From: a virus
Reading direction: 5' to 3' (one strand)
IMG/VR virus record: IMGVR_UViG_3300045988_090625
Length of the DNA: 52,082 nucleotides
Shown piece by piece: positions 41,107 through 50,645 of the stretch. The position numbers and the translations under genes were made by a program. The notes under the pieces are model-generated. The model was not told where the DNA came from, did not search any database, and saw only the letters and a list, made by a program, of their open reading frames with translations. Each line of letters opens with the position of its first letter. The stretch's first letter is position 1.

Positions 41107-41919
41107 ATGGGAAAAATTAGTATTTCTAAAATCAAAAGTGAGATTCAGAAAAGCGGTAACAGCAAAGGAAAGTTTATGTTCTTCAAAGATGGAACAAAGT
41201 ATAGAGTTCGTTTCCTCTCAGATATGGAAGAAGGACTTGAGGTTAAAATGCATGACAGTTTTGCGTTAGGTGTAAATGTTCCATGCCAGGAACAATATGG
41301 GCGTGAATGTGAGTATTGTGAGGATGAAAACCTTAGAACAAGAAACATGTATGCATGGAGTGTGTACGATTATGAAAGCAAGGAAGTAAAGATACTTTTC
41401 TTTGCAGTAAATCAGTGTTCGCCAATTCCTTCAATGGCATCATTATATGAAAGCTATGGAACATTATGTGACAGGGATTATGAGATTAAGCAGGTAGGTT
41501 CACAGCAAAACAAAACATTTTCGGTCATTCCGCTTGACAAGATGAAATTCAGAAATACAAAAGTAAAAGCACTTTCCGACAGTGCAATTTTAAAATACAT
41601 CGACAAGGCTTATCCGGCTGATAACAGTGAGGATTTAGAGGAAGAGGATGAGCCAAAGAAAAAGCCAAACAAAACAAAAACAAAGACAAAAGCAAAATCT
41701 GAACCTCAGGATGATGATTGGGAAGACGATGAAACAAACGAAACAGACTATGAAAGTATGAAACCGCAGGAACTTTTCAAACTCTGCAAAGAACGTGACA
41801 TTGATTGTAAACCAAGAAAATCAAAAGAATACTACATTGACCTTTTGGAAGAAGCAGACGAAGAAGAAAACAACGATGATTGGGAAGATGATGATTCAGA
41901 GGATGAATGGGAGGAATAA
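41107..41919 (+). CDS. Putative ssDNA-binding protein, T4 gp32-like, with HeH motif and acidic tail
   Basis: 'H-x10-C-x7-C-x2-C' (MHDSFALGVNVPCQEQYGRECEYC) resembles the gp32 His/Cys3 zinc site; C-terminal 'MKPQELFKLCKERDIDCKPRKSKEYYIDLL' and '...DSEDEWEE'. Confidence 0.6.
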   Translation: MGKISISKIKSEIQKSGNSKGKFMFFKDGTKYRVRFLSDMEEGLEVKMHDSFALGVNVPCQEQYGRECEYCEDENLRTRNMYAWSVYDYESKEVKILFFAVNQCSPIPSMASLYESYGTLCDRDYEIKQVGSQQNKTFSVIPLDKMKFRNTKVKALSDSAILKYIDKAYPADNSEDLEEEDEPKKKPNKTKTKTKAKSEPQDDDWEDDETNETDYESMKPQELFKLCKERDIDCKPRKSKEYYIDLLEEADEEENNDDWEDDDSEDEWEE

Positions 41920-41922
41920 AAA

Positions 41923-42147
41923 ATGTTTATCACAAGAAGAAGATTTGAACAGGAATTGCGAAGAGCAGAAGCAAAAGGCAGAAGAGAACAGCGTATGGAA
42001 ATGGAAGCAGAGAGCCGTATGAGTGCAATTAATGCAGACATGTGGAACTCATACAGCAACCTTGCAAAAGAGTGTGACGTAATTCAGAACAGGATTGGAC
42101 GTATTGAAAGATACCTTGATATGTGTTCTGATGAAAAAGCAAATTAA
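41923..42147 (+). CDS. Hypothetical basic coiled-coil protein
   Basis: 74-aa ORF, GGAGGA RBS. Confidence 0.6.
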   Translation: MFITRRRFEQELRRAEAKGRREQRMEMEAESRMSAINADMWNSYSNLAKECDVIQNRIGRIERYLDMCSDEKAN

Positions 42148-42158
42148 AAACAATTTTA

Positions 42159-42190
42159 GGGTTGACATAGTTCAACCCTTTTGTTATAAT
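42159..42190 (+). promoter_or_regulatory. Hairpin-embedded promoter (near-copy of 37413-37444)
   Basis: GGGTTGA(42159-42165)/TCAACCC(42172-42178), then TTTT; -35 TTGACA 42162-42167; N17; TATAAT 42185-42190. Confidence 0.65.
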
Positions 42191-42232
42191 AGAGAAAAGA
42201 AAACAAGAAAACAAAAAGGAGTGACGGAAAAA

Positions 42233-44953
42233 TTGAATTTTTTCGATTTACATAGGCATGATGAATACTCATTATTTGATGGATTCGGAAAACCAGAGCA
42301 ACTTGTACAGGTTGCGAAGAAACTTGGTTACAGGGCATTAGGAAGTAGCAATCATGGTTCTATTAGTGGATTAATAAAACATTATCAGGCTTGTAATGAA
42401 GCAGGTATAAAACCAGTAATGGGGTGTGAAGTGTATTTTCAGCCAAAGTTCAATAAGGAAAAGCCACAGAGAAAAAGCTACCATTTAAATCTGTTTTGCA
42501 AGAATTTACAAGGTTATAAAAATTTATGTCATATAATGACGATAGCAAACACAGAACAATTTTATTACAAACCAATTGTTGATTTTAAACTTTTGGAAAA
42601 GTACAGCGAAGGGATTATTTGTACAACAGCTTGTATTGCATCAGCAACATCACAAGCAATCATAAATGGAAACAAACAAACAGCTGAGAAATTATTAGAC
42701 AAGTTCCAGAGTATTTTTGGAAAAGATTTATATGTTGAGATTCAGCCATATAAAATTGACAAAAAAGGAACGCAACAAAGAACAGACTATGTTATGATGG
42801 GAATTGCGAAACAAAAACATATTAAATGTATTTTGACAAGCGATTCACATTTTGGAAGTAAAGAAGATTTCGATACATACTGTAAAATGCATGAAATCGG
42901 TAAAACGACATTGGATGTAAAGAATACCTATTCAGAGCGTTATATGCCATCAGAATATGAAATCATGGAACGGTTCGCTAATCTATATGCAAAGAAATTT
43001 AAAAACGCTTTTGGATTGGCTGAGCGTTTTGTAGACAACATGAAAGAAATCTATGAAAAAGTAGAAGATAATATTTTAGATGGACTTGAACTTGAATTGC
43101 CAGACCTTGGGTTGGAAGATAGTAAACAGGAATTGTTAAATCTTGTAAAACAAGGGTTGAAACAAAAAGGCAAATCAAACAAACAATATATACGAAGATG
43201 TAAACATGAACTTGATGTAATTAATTATCATGGGTTTGCAGATTATTTCCTTATAGTAAGGGATTACATTAACTGGGCGAAAGAACATGGAATAGAAGTA
43301 GGAAAAGGACGTGGTTCTGTGTGTAATTGTGAGGTAGCATATGCAATAGGAATCACAGATGTTGACAGTATTAAATACAATCTTGATTTTAGTCGTTTTA
43401 TGCGTAAAGAAAAGAAAACCTTGCCAGATATCGACATTGATTTTGAAACAGACAGACGACAGGAAGTTATTGATTATGTAATAAGTAAATACAAAGGAAA
43501 AGCAATACAGATATGTTCCTATGGTATGTATGGGATTGATAACCTTGTAAATGACCTTGCAGGAGTTTGTGGACTTAAAACAACAAAGGAAGTGGATGAA
43601 TATGAAGCCAGAGAAAACAAACAAACAATTGCAGAAATTAAGTCATACATTAGAACATTTGTAATGGATGATGAATTGAACATACAAGCATTACAGGCAG
43701 GTTATAGAACAATAGAGTTTAATGAAAACCATGATAACATTATAAAACATTTTTGCAAGTTGTATGGTAAAATTAAATATCTTGGCAAACACGCCGCAGG
43801 TGTTGCAGTAGTTGGAACAGATATATCCAACTACACATGTATTATCATGCGTGACAGAAAAACAGGTGCATTAAGTTCATGTTTTGATAAGGATGACCTT
43901 GAACATATTAATTGTGTAAAGTTTGACATGTTAGGACTTAAAACAATGTCAGAAATGCGTGAGTTAGAAGAACAAACAAAACATAAGATTACAGAAGCAG
44001 ATGAACAGGACGAAGCAGTTATTGAAGGATTCAGAAAAGGAAATACGGATGGTATTTTTCAGATGGAAAAATCAGCACCTAGAAAAATCCTTGACATGAT
44101 ACATTGTGATTGTATCAATGATATTATAGCCGTAAATGCTTTAAACAGACCCGCACCGCTACAATTACATATGCACGAAACATATGCACATAACAAACTA
44201 TCTGGTAAAGTTGACACAAACACACCGTATTACAAATACACGAAAGAAACATATGGAACAATGCTATACCAAGAACAAACAGTAGAAGTAGCACAGAAAG
44301 TTGGACATTTGACAGCACAACAATCTTTTGATATGCTTAAAATAATGAAGAAAGCGGAGAACCTTACAAAACCAGAATACGTTCCAATTATTGAACAAAT
44401 GAAAAAGGACTTTTACAAAGGATGCAGACAGGAAGGACTAACAAAAGAACAAACAGATAGCATATGGGCGAGTATGTTAATATATGGATTTAATAAAGGA
44501 CATTCCACAGGTTATGCATTAATTAGTATCGACCAGATGTATTACAAAGTGTATTATCCAACAGAGTTTTGGTACGTGAAAATGAAGTATGCAAACAATG
44601 ATGCTGACATTTTTAAGTATTCAGAGTGTGCAGTAAAAGATGGTGCAATAGTAATGTTGCCTCATGTAAACTACACGGCAAAAACATCAATACGAAAAGT
44701 AGATGGCGAAAAAGTAATCCAACAGGGATTGAGTATCATTAAAGGTGTAGGAGATAAAGCGGCAGAGACAATAGCGCAGGAGCGTTTAAAAGGCTCATTT
44801 AAGGACTTTGATGATTTTTATGATAGATGTAAGGGTCGAAGTGTTACAAGCCGTGTAATCGACATTCTGAAAGAGCAGGGAGCATTGGAGTTCAACAAAC
44901 AAAAATACCTTTCAAGAGTAATCAAATATAACAGCACATTAATGGCGAGGTAG
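42233..44953 (+). CDS. dnaE: DNA polymerase III alpha-type replicative polymerase (PHP plus pol domains)
   Basis: PHP 'FFDLHRHDEYS'; 'GKGRGSVCNCEVAYAIGIT'; catalytic 'LPDIDIDFE'. TTG 42233 after AAAGGAG chosen because the track start 42095 lies upstream of the promoter. Confidence 0.9.
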   Translation: MNFFDLHRHDEYSLFDGFGKPEQLVQVAKKLGYRALGSSNHGSISGLIKHYQACNEAGIKPVMGCEVYFQPKFNKEKPQRKSYHLNLFCKNLQGYKNLCHIMTIANTEQFYYKPIVDFKLLEKYSEGIICTTACIASATSQAIINGNKQTAEKLLDKFQSIFGKDLYVEIQPYKIDKKGTQQRTDYVMMGIAKQKHIKCILTSDSHFGSKEDFDTYCKMHEIGKTTLDVKNTYSERYMPSEYEIMERFANLYAKKFKNAFGLAERFVDNMKEIYEKVEDNILDGLELELPDLGLEDSKQELLNLVKQGLKQKGKSNKQYIRRCKHELDVINYHGFADYFLIVRDYINWAKEHGIEVGKGRGSVCNCEVAYAIGITDVDSIKYNLDFSRFMRKEKKTLPDIDIDFETDRRQEVIDYVISKYKGKAIQICSYGMYGIDNLVNDLAGVCGLKTTKEVDEYEARENKQTIAEIKSYIRTFVMDDELNIQALQAGYRTIEFNENHDNIIKHFCKLYGKIKYLGKHAAGVAVVGTDISNYTCIIMRDRKTGALSSCFDKDDLEHINCVKFDMLGLKTMSEMRELEEQTKHKITEADEQDEAVIEGFRKGNTDGIFQMEKSAPRKILDMIHCDCINDIIAVNALNRPAPLQLHMHETYAHNKLSGKVDTNTPYYKYTKETYGTMLYQEQTVEVAQKVGHLTAQQSFDMLKIMKKAENLTKPEYVPIIEQMKKDFYKGCRQEGLTKEQTDSIWASMLIYGFNKGHSTGYALISIDQMYYKVYYPTEFWYVKMKYANNDADIFKYSECAVKDGAIVMLPHVNYTAKTSIRKVDGEKVIQQGLSIIKGVGDKAAETIAQERLKGSFKDFDDFYDRCKGRSVTSRVIDILKEQGALEFNKQKYLSRVIKYNSTLMAR

Positions 44954-44957
44954 CAAT

Positions 44958-45146
44958 ATGAACATATTAGAGAGTTATGTAACAAACATTACATATGAAC
45001 ATGAGAAATTTTTAGATGATAAAACAAAAGTGTATGAAATAATTTGTGACGTTAATTGCTATGGATGTATTGAAAAGCAAAAACATATTATATTATCGTT
45101 TGAAGATTACAAGATGGTAAAAGAAAAGGGATATTATTTAGCATAG
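44958..45146 (+). CDS. Hypothetical protein
   Basis: 62-aa ORF, GAGGT RBS. Confidence 0.6.
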   Translation: MNILESYVTNITYEHEKFLDDKTKVYEIICDVNCYGCIEKQKHIILSFEDYKMVKEKGYYLA

Positions 45147-45168
45147 TAAAATAGTGAGGTAAAGAAAA

Positions 45169-45549
45169 ATGAAGGAAAATACAGGATTAAGACAAGATGC
45201 TTTTAAGGACAAGGAATTTCAGATTGAAAAACATGTAAATCCAGAACATTATAAACAGCAATGTTCATTTGAATGTATTGACACAATGATTATGGTGTTC
45301 GGAGCGAAACATACAGCAGAATATTGCGTGACAAATGCATATAAATATGTTTGGAGACATAAGTTCAAAAACAAACTTGAGGACTTGAAAAAAGCAGAAT
45401 GGTATTTAAACAAATTTGATGAACTTGTAATTTATTGTGAAACAAAGTTTGTGACAGATACAATAGAAAGTCGTTACTTGGAAATTGCAACAAAGCTTAG
45501 AACATTAATGGAAAAAGGAATTGAAGAATATGAAAAAAGGATTAAATAA
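45169..45549 (+). CDS. DUF3310-like phage protein
   Basis: 'NPEHYKQQCSFECIDTM...VTNAYKYVWRHKFKNKLEDLKKAEWYLNK' matches the pattern I associate with DUF3310. Confidence 0.6.
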   Translation: MKENTGLRQDAFKDKEFQIEKHVNPEHYKQQCSFECIDTMIMVFGAKHTAEYCVTNAYKYVWRHKFKNKLEDLKKAEWYLNKFDELVIYCETKFVTDTIESRYLEIATKLRTLMEKGIEEYEKRIK

Positions 45550-46450
45550 AGAAGGTATTTTACGATTATGCAATGAGATTGATAAGAAAGAACAAGGTTC
45601 TGTATACAGTCTTGGAAGTAAAACGGATGCACTTAAAATAGCACGTTGGAGTACAGGTCTTATTGACCTTGACAACATCATTGGTGGTGGTGTACCAAAA
45701 GGTCGTGTCATTGAGATATTCGGTGCAGAAAGCGCAGGAAAAACAACGCTTGGATATCAGTTATGCGCTCAGCATGAAATGTGCTTAGATATTCCAATTG
45801 AAGGTACGTTTGATGCGGAACGTGCAAAACTGTTTGGAAACAGACCAAAACAAATGCTTGTGTATAGAGCAAGATATGGAGAAAAAGCATTTAATCGTGC
45901 TATTAGATTTGCAGAAGAAGGAATCCCATTAGTAATGATTGACAGTGTTCCGTCAATGCAACCAAAGGATGATATAGACAAAATAAGAAAAGCAGTAAAT
46001 ACAGACAGTGAACAGGAAATGCGTATCGGAGGTGTTGCAAGATTAATGGACAAGTATTTGCCAACACTGGAAGATGTGATTGAGCAAACAGGAACAACAG
46101 TCGTATTTATTAATCAGATTCGTGACAAAATGAACGCATTGCCTTTTGGTGACAATATTCAGACACCGGGCGGTCATAAATTGAAACATAGTGCATCATT
46201 AAGAATACAGGTTGCAAGAAAAGGTTGGATTGAGATACCCAATCATAATCCATTTAATACAGAAGCAAAAGAGCGTATCGGTATTGTGATGAAAGTAAAG
46301 GTTGTAAAATCAAAAGTATGTAATCCGATGCAGTCTTGTGAAATCCCTATGTTTTTTGAGCGTGGTTTTGTAGATTTTGCAGAACTTGACAGCACAAGAA
46401 AAGAAATCATGGAAGAACACAAAAAGAAGTATAAGGAAATGCTTAGTTGA
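45521..46450 (+). CDS. RecA/RadA-like recombinase ATPase
   Basis: Walker A 'GAESAGKTTL', Walker B-like 'PLVMIDSV', 'VVFINQIR'; 309 aa. Confidence 0.75.
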   Translation: MKNMKKGLNKEGILRLCNEIDKKEQGSVYSLGSKTDALKIARWSTGLIDLDNIIGGGVPKGRVIEIFGAESAGKTTLGYQLCAQHEMCLDIPIEGTFDAERAKLFGNRPKQMLVYRARYGEKAFNRAIRFAEEGIPLVMIDSVPSMQPKDDIDKIRKAVNTDSEQEMRIGGVARLMDKYLPTLEDVIEQTGTTVVFINQIRDKMNALPFGDNIQTPGGHKLKHSASLRIQVARKGWIEIPNHNPFNTEAKERIGIVMKVKVVKSKVCNPMQSCEIPMFFERGFVDFAELDSTRKEIMEEHKKKYKEMLS

Positions 46451-46611
46451 TGCACAGATACATAATTACATTTAAACGCAAAACGATTGATGGCTATACA
46501 ATAAATAACTTTTTTGTTTATGCTACAACACAAGCAAAAGCTGTCAATCGTTTTTGCAAAACAACAGGGCATAGCAGAACAGTAATCATATCTGTATATA
46601 AAATGGAGTAG
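46450..46611 (+). CDS. Small hypothetical protein (53 aa; not in track)
   Basis: MHRYIITFKRKTIDGYTINNFFVYATTQAKAVNRFCKTTGHSRTVIISVYKME; TGATG coupling to the RecA-like gene; fills an otherwise empty 164-nt gap. Confidence 0.5.
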   Translation: MHRYIITFKRKTIDGYTINNFFVYATTQAKAVNRFCKTTGHSRTVIISVYKME

Positions 46612-46614
46612 AAC

Positions 46615-47466
46615 ATGGGATTATTAGAAGATATAAAAAAGGATGCAGAGAAGAGTTTCACAAAAATACAAAGTACAGAAGAACAACAAATAGAACATAT
46701 GTTGAATGGATTGTTTTACCTTGACAAAAATATTCCAGAAGAACTTAAATTCCTCAAGTCAGTAATGACAAGGGGAGCAGAAACACAGGAAAGAAAAGGA
46801 TTACATGCAAGTGCAATCATTGTATCAGATGATAAATTTTGTTACAGGCAACAGGTGTTATCATTGTTTTACAAACAATTACAAGGTGAACAAACAAAGG
46901 TAGGATTAAAACGTATATTTGCAGAGGGTGATGCAATACATGAGAAGTGGCAAAGGTTATTTATAAGAGGTGGGCTGTGTAAGCCGTTAGATTGCGATTT
47001 TAGCCGTTTTGATGATGATTATGATTTATCATATACGCCAGACATTATATGCGCTATTCCAGAGGATTATAAGCTTGAAAGCGTATATGATGATAACGTA
47101 AAGAAAATACCTTATGTCATTGAAATTAAAAGCGTAAATACATTTACATTCAAAAAACAAAAGTATCATGCAAGCGGAAGAAAACAATGCCAGCTATACA
47201 TGTACTTAACAGGAATCCACAACGGCATTGTTTTATGTGATGATAAAAACACGCAAGAGTTTAAAGTGTACAAGTATGAGTATAATCCAAGTGAAATAGC
47301 ACCGTACATTAGAAGATTAGAACAAATACAGGAACATAAAGACGGGCTAACAAATAAAAACAAATTAGTTAAGCGGCACAAACAATGTTCATGTTATGGA
47401 AGTAAAAAGGTGCAGGAATGTCCTATGCGTGATGTATGTTTTAGATTATCAAAAGAAAGGATATAA
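46615..47466 (+). CDS. PD-(D/E)XK exonuclease, Cas4/RecB-like with Cys cluster
   Basis: 'PDIICAI', 'VIEIKS', 'QCQLYMYL'; one N-terminal Cys ('DKFCYRQ') plus C-terminal 'CSCYGSKKVQECPMRDVC'. Confidence 0.7.
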   Translation: MGLLEDIKKDAEKSFTKIQSTEEQQIEHMLNGLFYLDKNIPEELKFLKSVMTRGAETQERKGLHASAIIVSDDKFCYRQQVLSLFYKQLQGEQTKVGLKRIFAEGDAIHEKWQRLFIRGGLCKPLDCDFSRFDDDYDLSYTPDIICAIPEDYKLESVYDDNVKKIPYVIEIKSVNTFTFKKQKYHASGRKQCQLYMYLTGIHNGIVLCDDKNTQEFKVYKYEYNPSEIAPYIRRLEQIQEHKDGLTNKNKLVKRHKQCSCYGSKKVQECPMRDVCFRLSKERI

Positions 47467-47468
47467 AA

Positions 47469-47702
47469 ATGGAAATTGATAAAAGTACACCAGAATTATT
47501 AGAACGAGAGAAAATAAAAGTAACAGAAGCAGAAGTAATTGTTAGAAGATGCAATACAGGTTTTTATTTTGAAATTAAATATAAAAGGGTAGGAGAAGAA
47601 AATTATAATATTGGCTATGGGTCATGTAATATTCATGTGGTATTTGATTGGTTAGACAAATGTTTTGAAATTGTAAAAGAGGAACATCAATGGAATTTCT
47701 AA
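47469..47702 (+). CDS. Hypothetical protein
   Basis: 77-aa ORF, AAAGGA RBS. Confidence 0.6.
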   Translation: MEIDKSTPELLEREKIKVTEAEVIVRRCNTGFYFEIKYKRVGEENYNIGYGSCNIHVVFDWLDKCFEIVKEEHQWNF

Positions 47703-47893
47703 TAAACTTTTTAATATTTGAGATAATATGTATAGCAATTTTATTTATTGTCGTATGGGTTATTTTAACGAATTATATCATATCATATTTGAGAGACATT
47801 AGCAGATTAGTAGACAAAGGATTTGAAAACATAGAAAAGGCGATATATGATAGTGCTGAAAGAATAATAAAATATTTAGACAAAAGGGATTGA
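47690..47893 (+). CDS. Small membrane protein
   Basis: TM 'FLINFLIFEIICIAILFIVVWVILTNYII'; 67 aa; stop lies inside the following hairpin/promoter. Confidence 0.6.
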   Translation: MEFLINFLIFEIICIAILFIVVWVILTNYIISYLRDISRLVDKGFENIEKAIYDSAERIIKYLDKRD

Positions 47894-47918
47894 CATTGTG
47901 CAATCCCTATGTTATTAT
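47886..47918 (+). promoter_or_regulatory. Hairpin-embedded promoter
   Basis: GGGATTG(47886-47892)/CAATCCC(47901-47907); -35 TTGACA 47890-47895; N17; TATTAT 47913-47918. Confidence 0.55.
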
Positions 47919-47960
47919 ATAGACATAAACAGGAAAACAAACAAGAGAGGTAAAACAATT

Positions 47961-48191
47961 ATGAAGAACAACAAAGAAAAATCAAAAGTTGAAAAGTCTA
48001 TTGAAAGAAAAATGAAAGCGAAAGGCTTTGAGGTAACAATGTTAAAGCAGTATATTAGTAAAACTATATATGTTATTTCAAAAGATGGAGTTGAGCAGAA
48101 AGTAGAAGTTCCATCTAACGTAACAGATACAACATTATATGCTAATATGCTATCAGAGTTATTTCGAGTGTCAGTGGGAATAAATGGCTAA
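47961..48191 (+). CDS. Hypothetical protein
   Basis: 76 aa from ATG 47961 (AGAGAGGT RBS); the track start 47898 falls in the promoter. Confidence 0.6.
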   Translation: MKNNKEKSKVEKSIERKMKAKGFEVTMLKQYISKTIYVISKDGVEQKVEVPSNVTDTTLYANMLSELFRVSVGING

Positions 48192-48591
48192 ATATTGTAA
48201 AGCATATGCACTCCAAGTAACATATCTTGATTGCTTGGAGTGCGAAACAAAAGAATGTAAAGTAAAGAAGGTGAACAAAATAGAACCGATGTTAATTATG
48301 CCAGAACAATTTGTGTATATGGTATTTGCAAGCAAAAGGGAAGGTTATACAGAAAACATTGTATGCAAGTGTAAAGTACGGAACATAACAGTATACAATG
48401 ACAAAAACATATATAGTATGGATTTAATAAAAGTTGTATGCGGTTCTGACAAAGCAAAAGACATAGGAAAATGGGTAACAACATTTATGTGCGAAAATGA
48501 AAACATAAATACAGGCATTAGAATTAAACCGAATCGTTACCCAGTATTTACAGAAAAGGAAATATGCAAACAATGGCTAAAACAAAAATAA
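48184..48591 (+). CDS. Hypothetical Cys-containing protein
   Basis: 135-aa ORF; 'CKAY...CLECETKECK'. Confidence 0.6.
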   Translation: MAKYCKAYALQVTYLDCLECETKECKVKKVNKIEPMLIMPEQFVYMVFASKREGYTENIVCKCKVRNITVYNDKNIYSMDLIKVVCGSDKAKDIGKWVTTFMCENENINTGIRIKPNRYPVFTEKEICKQWLKQK

Positions 48592-48845
48592 AGTTTGGTG
48601 ACATATTAGAAATTAGTGGAAAAGAAAAAGCAGTGTATTGTGGAAAGTTAGAATCCAGAATAGGTGGTCATCATAGGTTGCTATTTTTTAACAGAAAAGC
48701 ATATCAAGTGCAGTATGTGCAGGATAGCTTTTTCGAGAGATTAAAGCAAAGGGGCGTAACTGTTAAAGTAATAGGAAGTAACAAAGAAGTTGCAGAAGAA
48801 TGTAGGAAAAAGGAGAAACAAAAGTATGGTAGAATCGTGTTTTAA
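48564..48845 (+). CDS. Hypothetical protein
   Basis: 93-aa ORF. Confidence 0.55.
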   Translation: MQTMAKTKIKFGDILEISGKEKAVYCGKLESRIGGHHRLLFFNRKAYQVQYVQDSFFERLKQRGVTVKVIGSNKEVAEECRKKEKQKYGRIVF

Positions 48846-49278
48846 TTGTTTTTACCTAAATAGAGAACAAAAGGAAGTAAATGAAAATGGTAACATTCAG
48901 TATGGATGTGATAGCAATGGAAGGTTTGGTTTTGTTCCATTTACAGTAAAATCTGAAAAGGAACTGAAAACTGGTGGTTGTTCTGATTGGATTGGTAACA
49001 AAATAAAAGTCGGAACAGAATTTTTATTAAACAATACAGTTTGTTTTTACTGTGGTAGCATAAAAACAAGTAATGGCAAAAAGTATTTAGTGTATAATGC
49101 TTCAACATATGTTCAAAATGGTTTTTATGTTGATATGGTAGAGCAAAATTGGTTTGCAAAGCATAAGAGAGAAATAAAAGTTAAAAGACAAACAAAAGAA
49201 CAAATTGAAGCATTGAAACAAACAGCGAGATTGTATAAAAAGAGGATAATAAAACGTGAAGAAGAAAACAGAGGATAG
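48826..49278 (+). CDS. Hypothetical protein
   Basis: 150 aa from ATG 48826 (AAAGGAG RBS); the track begins at 48790. Confidence 0.6.
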   Translation: MVESCFNCFYLNREQKEVNENGNIQYGCDSNGRFGFVPFTVKSEKELKTGGCSDWIGNKIKVGTEFLLNNTVCFYCGSIKTSNGKKYLVYNASTYVQNGFYVDMVEQNWFAKHKREIKVKRQTKEQIEALKQTARLYKKRIIKREEENRG

Positions 49279-50023
49279 AAACTATAAAAAGAGATTTGAA
49301 AAAGGTTTTAAAATGTTGTGCGGTTCAAAATCAACATACCAAGTGTGGTCTGATTGTATGGCATTGTTTGCAATAACATTAGCAAACCAAAGTATTCTAC
49401 CAATGACTAAATCAAAACAATTCAAGGACATATGGGATAAAAGGGAAAAAGAATACATGAGAATCATTAACAATTATTCGAAGAAAGAACAGAAACTTTT
49501 TCCTCAAATGTTTGCATTAATTGTTGAGGAATTAGAAGAAAGACCGAACCAAGATTTATTAGGCGAATTGTACATGATGTTGCAAATATCTAACAAAAAT
49601 GCAGGTCAATTTTTTACACCTTACAGTATTTGTGAAGTAATGTCAAAGTTGACATTTGACAGAAAAGAACTTGGAAAAACAGTACATAAGAAAGGTTATG
49701 CAAGTGTATATGATTGTGCTTGTGGCGCAGGTGCAACATTAATAAGTGCAAGTGAACAATGTAAGAAAATGTTCAAAAAATATAATTACCAGAACCATGT
49801 TTACTTTGTAGGGCAGGACATAGACATAACATGTGTTCATATGTGCTACATACAGTTAAGTTTGCATGGATTGGCAGGCTATGTAATACACGACAATTCC
49901 CTTATTAAACCAGAACCAAAACTGCCAGAAGATATAGAAAAAATCTGGTTTACACCAGTATGGTTCACCGATGTTTGGACGTTAAGAAGATTGTTTCATA
50001 AACAGGATATTTTAGGGAGATAG
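49256..50023 (+). CDS. HsdM-like N6-adenine methyltransferase homologue lacking the (D/N)PP(F/Y) motif
   Basis: 'GQFFTPYSICEVM', SAM motif I 'VYDCACGAGATLISA', 'GQDIDITCVHMCYIQLSLHGL'. Protein ends ~40 aa later with no NPPF/DPPY. Alternative start ATG 49313. Confidence 0.6.
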   Translation: MKKKTEDRNYKKRFEKGFKMLCGSKSTYQVWSDCMALFAITLANQSILPMTKSKQFKDIWDKREKEYMRIINNYSKKEQKLFPQMFALIVEELEERPNQDLLGELYMMLQISNKNAGQFFTPYSICEVMSKLTFDRKELGKTVHKKGYASVYDCACGAGATLISASEQCKKMFKKYNYQNHVYFVGQDIDITCVHMCYIQLSLHGLAGYVIHDNSLIKPEPKLPEDIEKIWFTPVWFTDVWTLRRLFHKQDILGR

Positions 50024-50027
50024 AACA

Positions 50028-50645
50028 ATGAGTAAAGTTGTAATAGGAATAGACGAAAGTTATACAAGAACAGGAGTAACAATTTTAAAAGACAAACAAA
50101 TAATTTGTATTCATTCTATTAATTTTGAAGATTGCAAGACAAATGTTGACAAGCGCAGACATTTAGATGTATATTTAAGGCAACAAATAAACAGATTAAG
50201 GAAAAAGAATTTTGATGACATCACGATCATTGTAGAACGTATCAGATTGCGTTCACAAGGGTTTTTATCAGAAGCATATATAAAAGCCACAGGAGCATTA
50301 TTATCTGTAATCATAGCAATAGGGCAAGATTACAATATACCTGTGTATAGTGTTGATACAAGGTCATGGAAATCGCAAGTAGTAGGTGATAGCAAGCCAT
50401 TACAAAATTCATATGGAATCAATCCAGAGAAGTACCGTACAATCGTTTATTTGAAGCAGAAAGGGCTTTTGAAATACATAGTGGAGGAATACAAGGGCAA
50501 AGGCACAAAAGGCGTTATAAACGTCAAAATAGACGGTCAGAAAGTGCCTTGTAAAATTAATGATGATATGGCAGATTCATATTGTATTGCTATGTATGGA
50601 TTCTTACCAGAAACAAAACAAAAGTTAAAGGAGGAAAAATTTTAA
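50028..50645 (+). CDS. RuvC-like Holliday junction resolvase
   Basis: 'VVIGIDESYTRTGVTIL' (first catalytic Asp/Glu) and C-terminal 'NDDMADSYCIAMYG'; 205 aa. Confidence 0.65.
   Translation: MSKVVIGIDESYTRTGVTILKDKQIICIHSINFEDCKTNVDKRRHLDVYLRQQINRLRKKNFDDITIIVERIRLRSQGFLSEAYIKATGALLSVIIAIGQDYNIPVYSVDTRSWKSQVVGDSKPLQNSYGINPEKYRTIVYLKQKGLLKYIVEEYKGKGTKGVINVKIDGQKVPCKINDDMADSYCIAMYGFLPETKQKLKEEKF

Noticed and set aside
42095-42232. Track start of the polymerase ORF at 42095, overlapping the 41923-42147 gene
   Set aside because: This stretch contains the stop of the upstream gene, the terminator hairpin and the promoter 42159-42190. TTG 42233 with an AAAGGAG RBS precedes the PHP-domain start 'LNFFDLHRHDEYS'.
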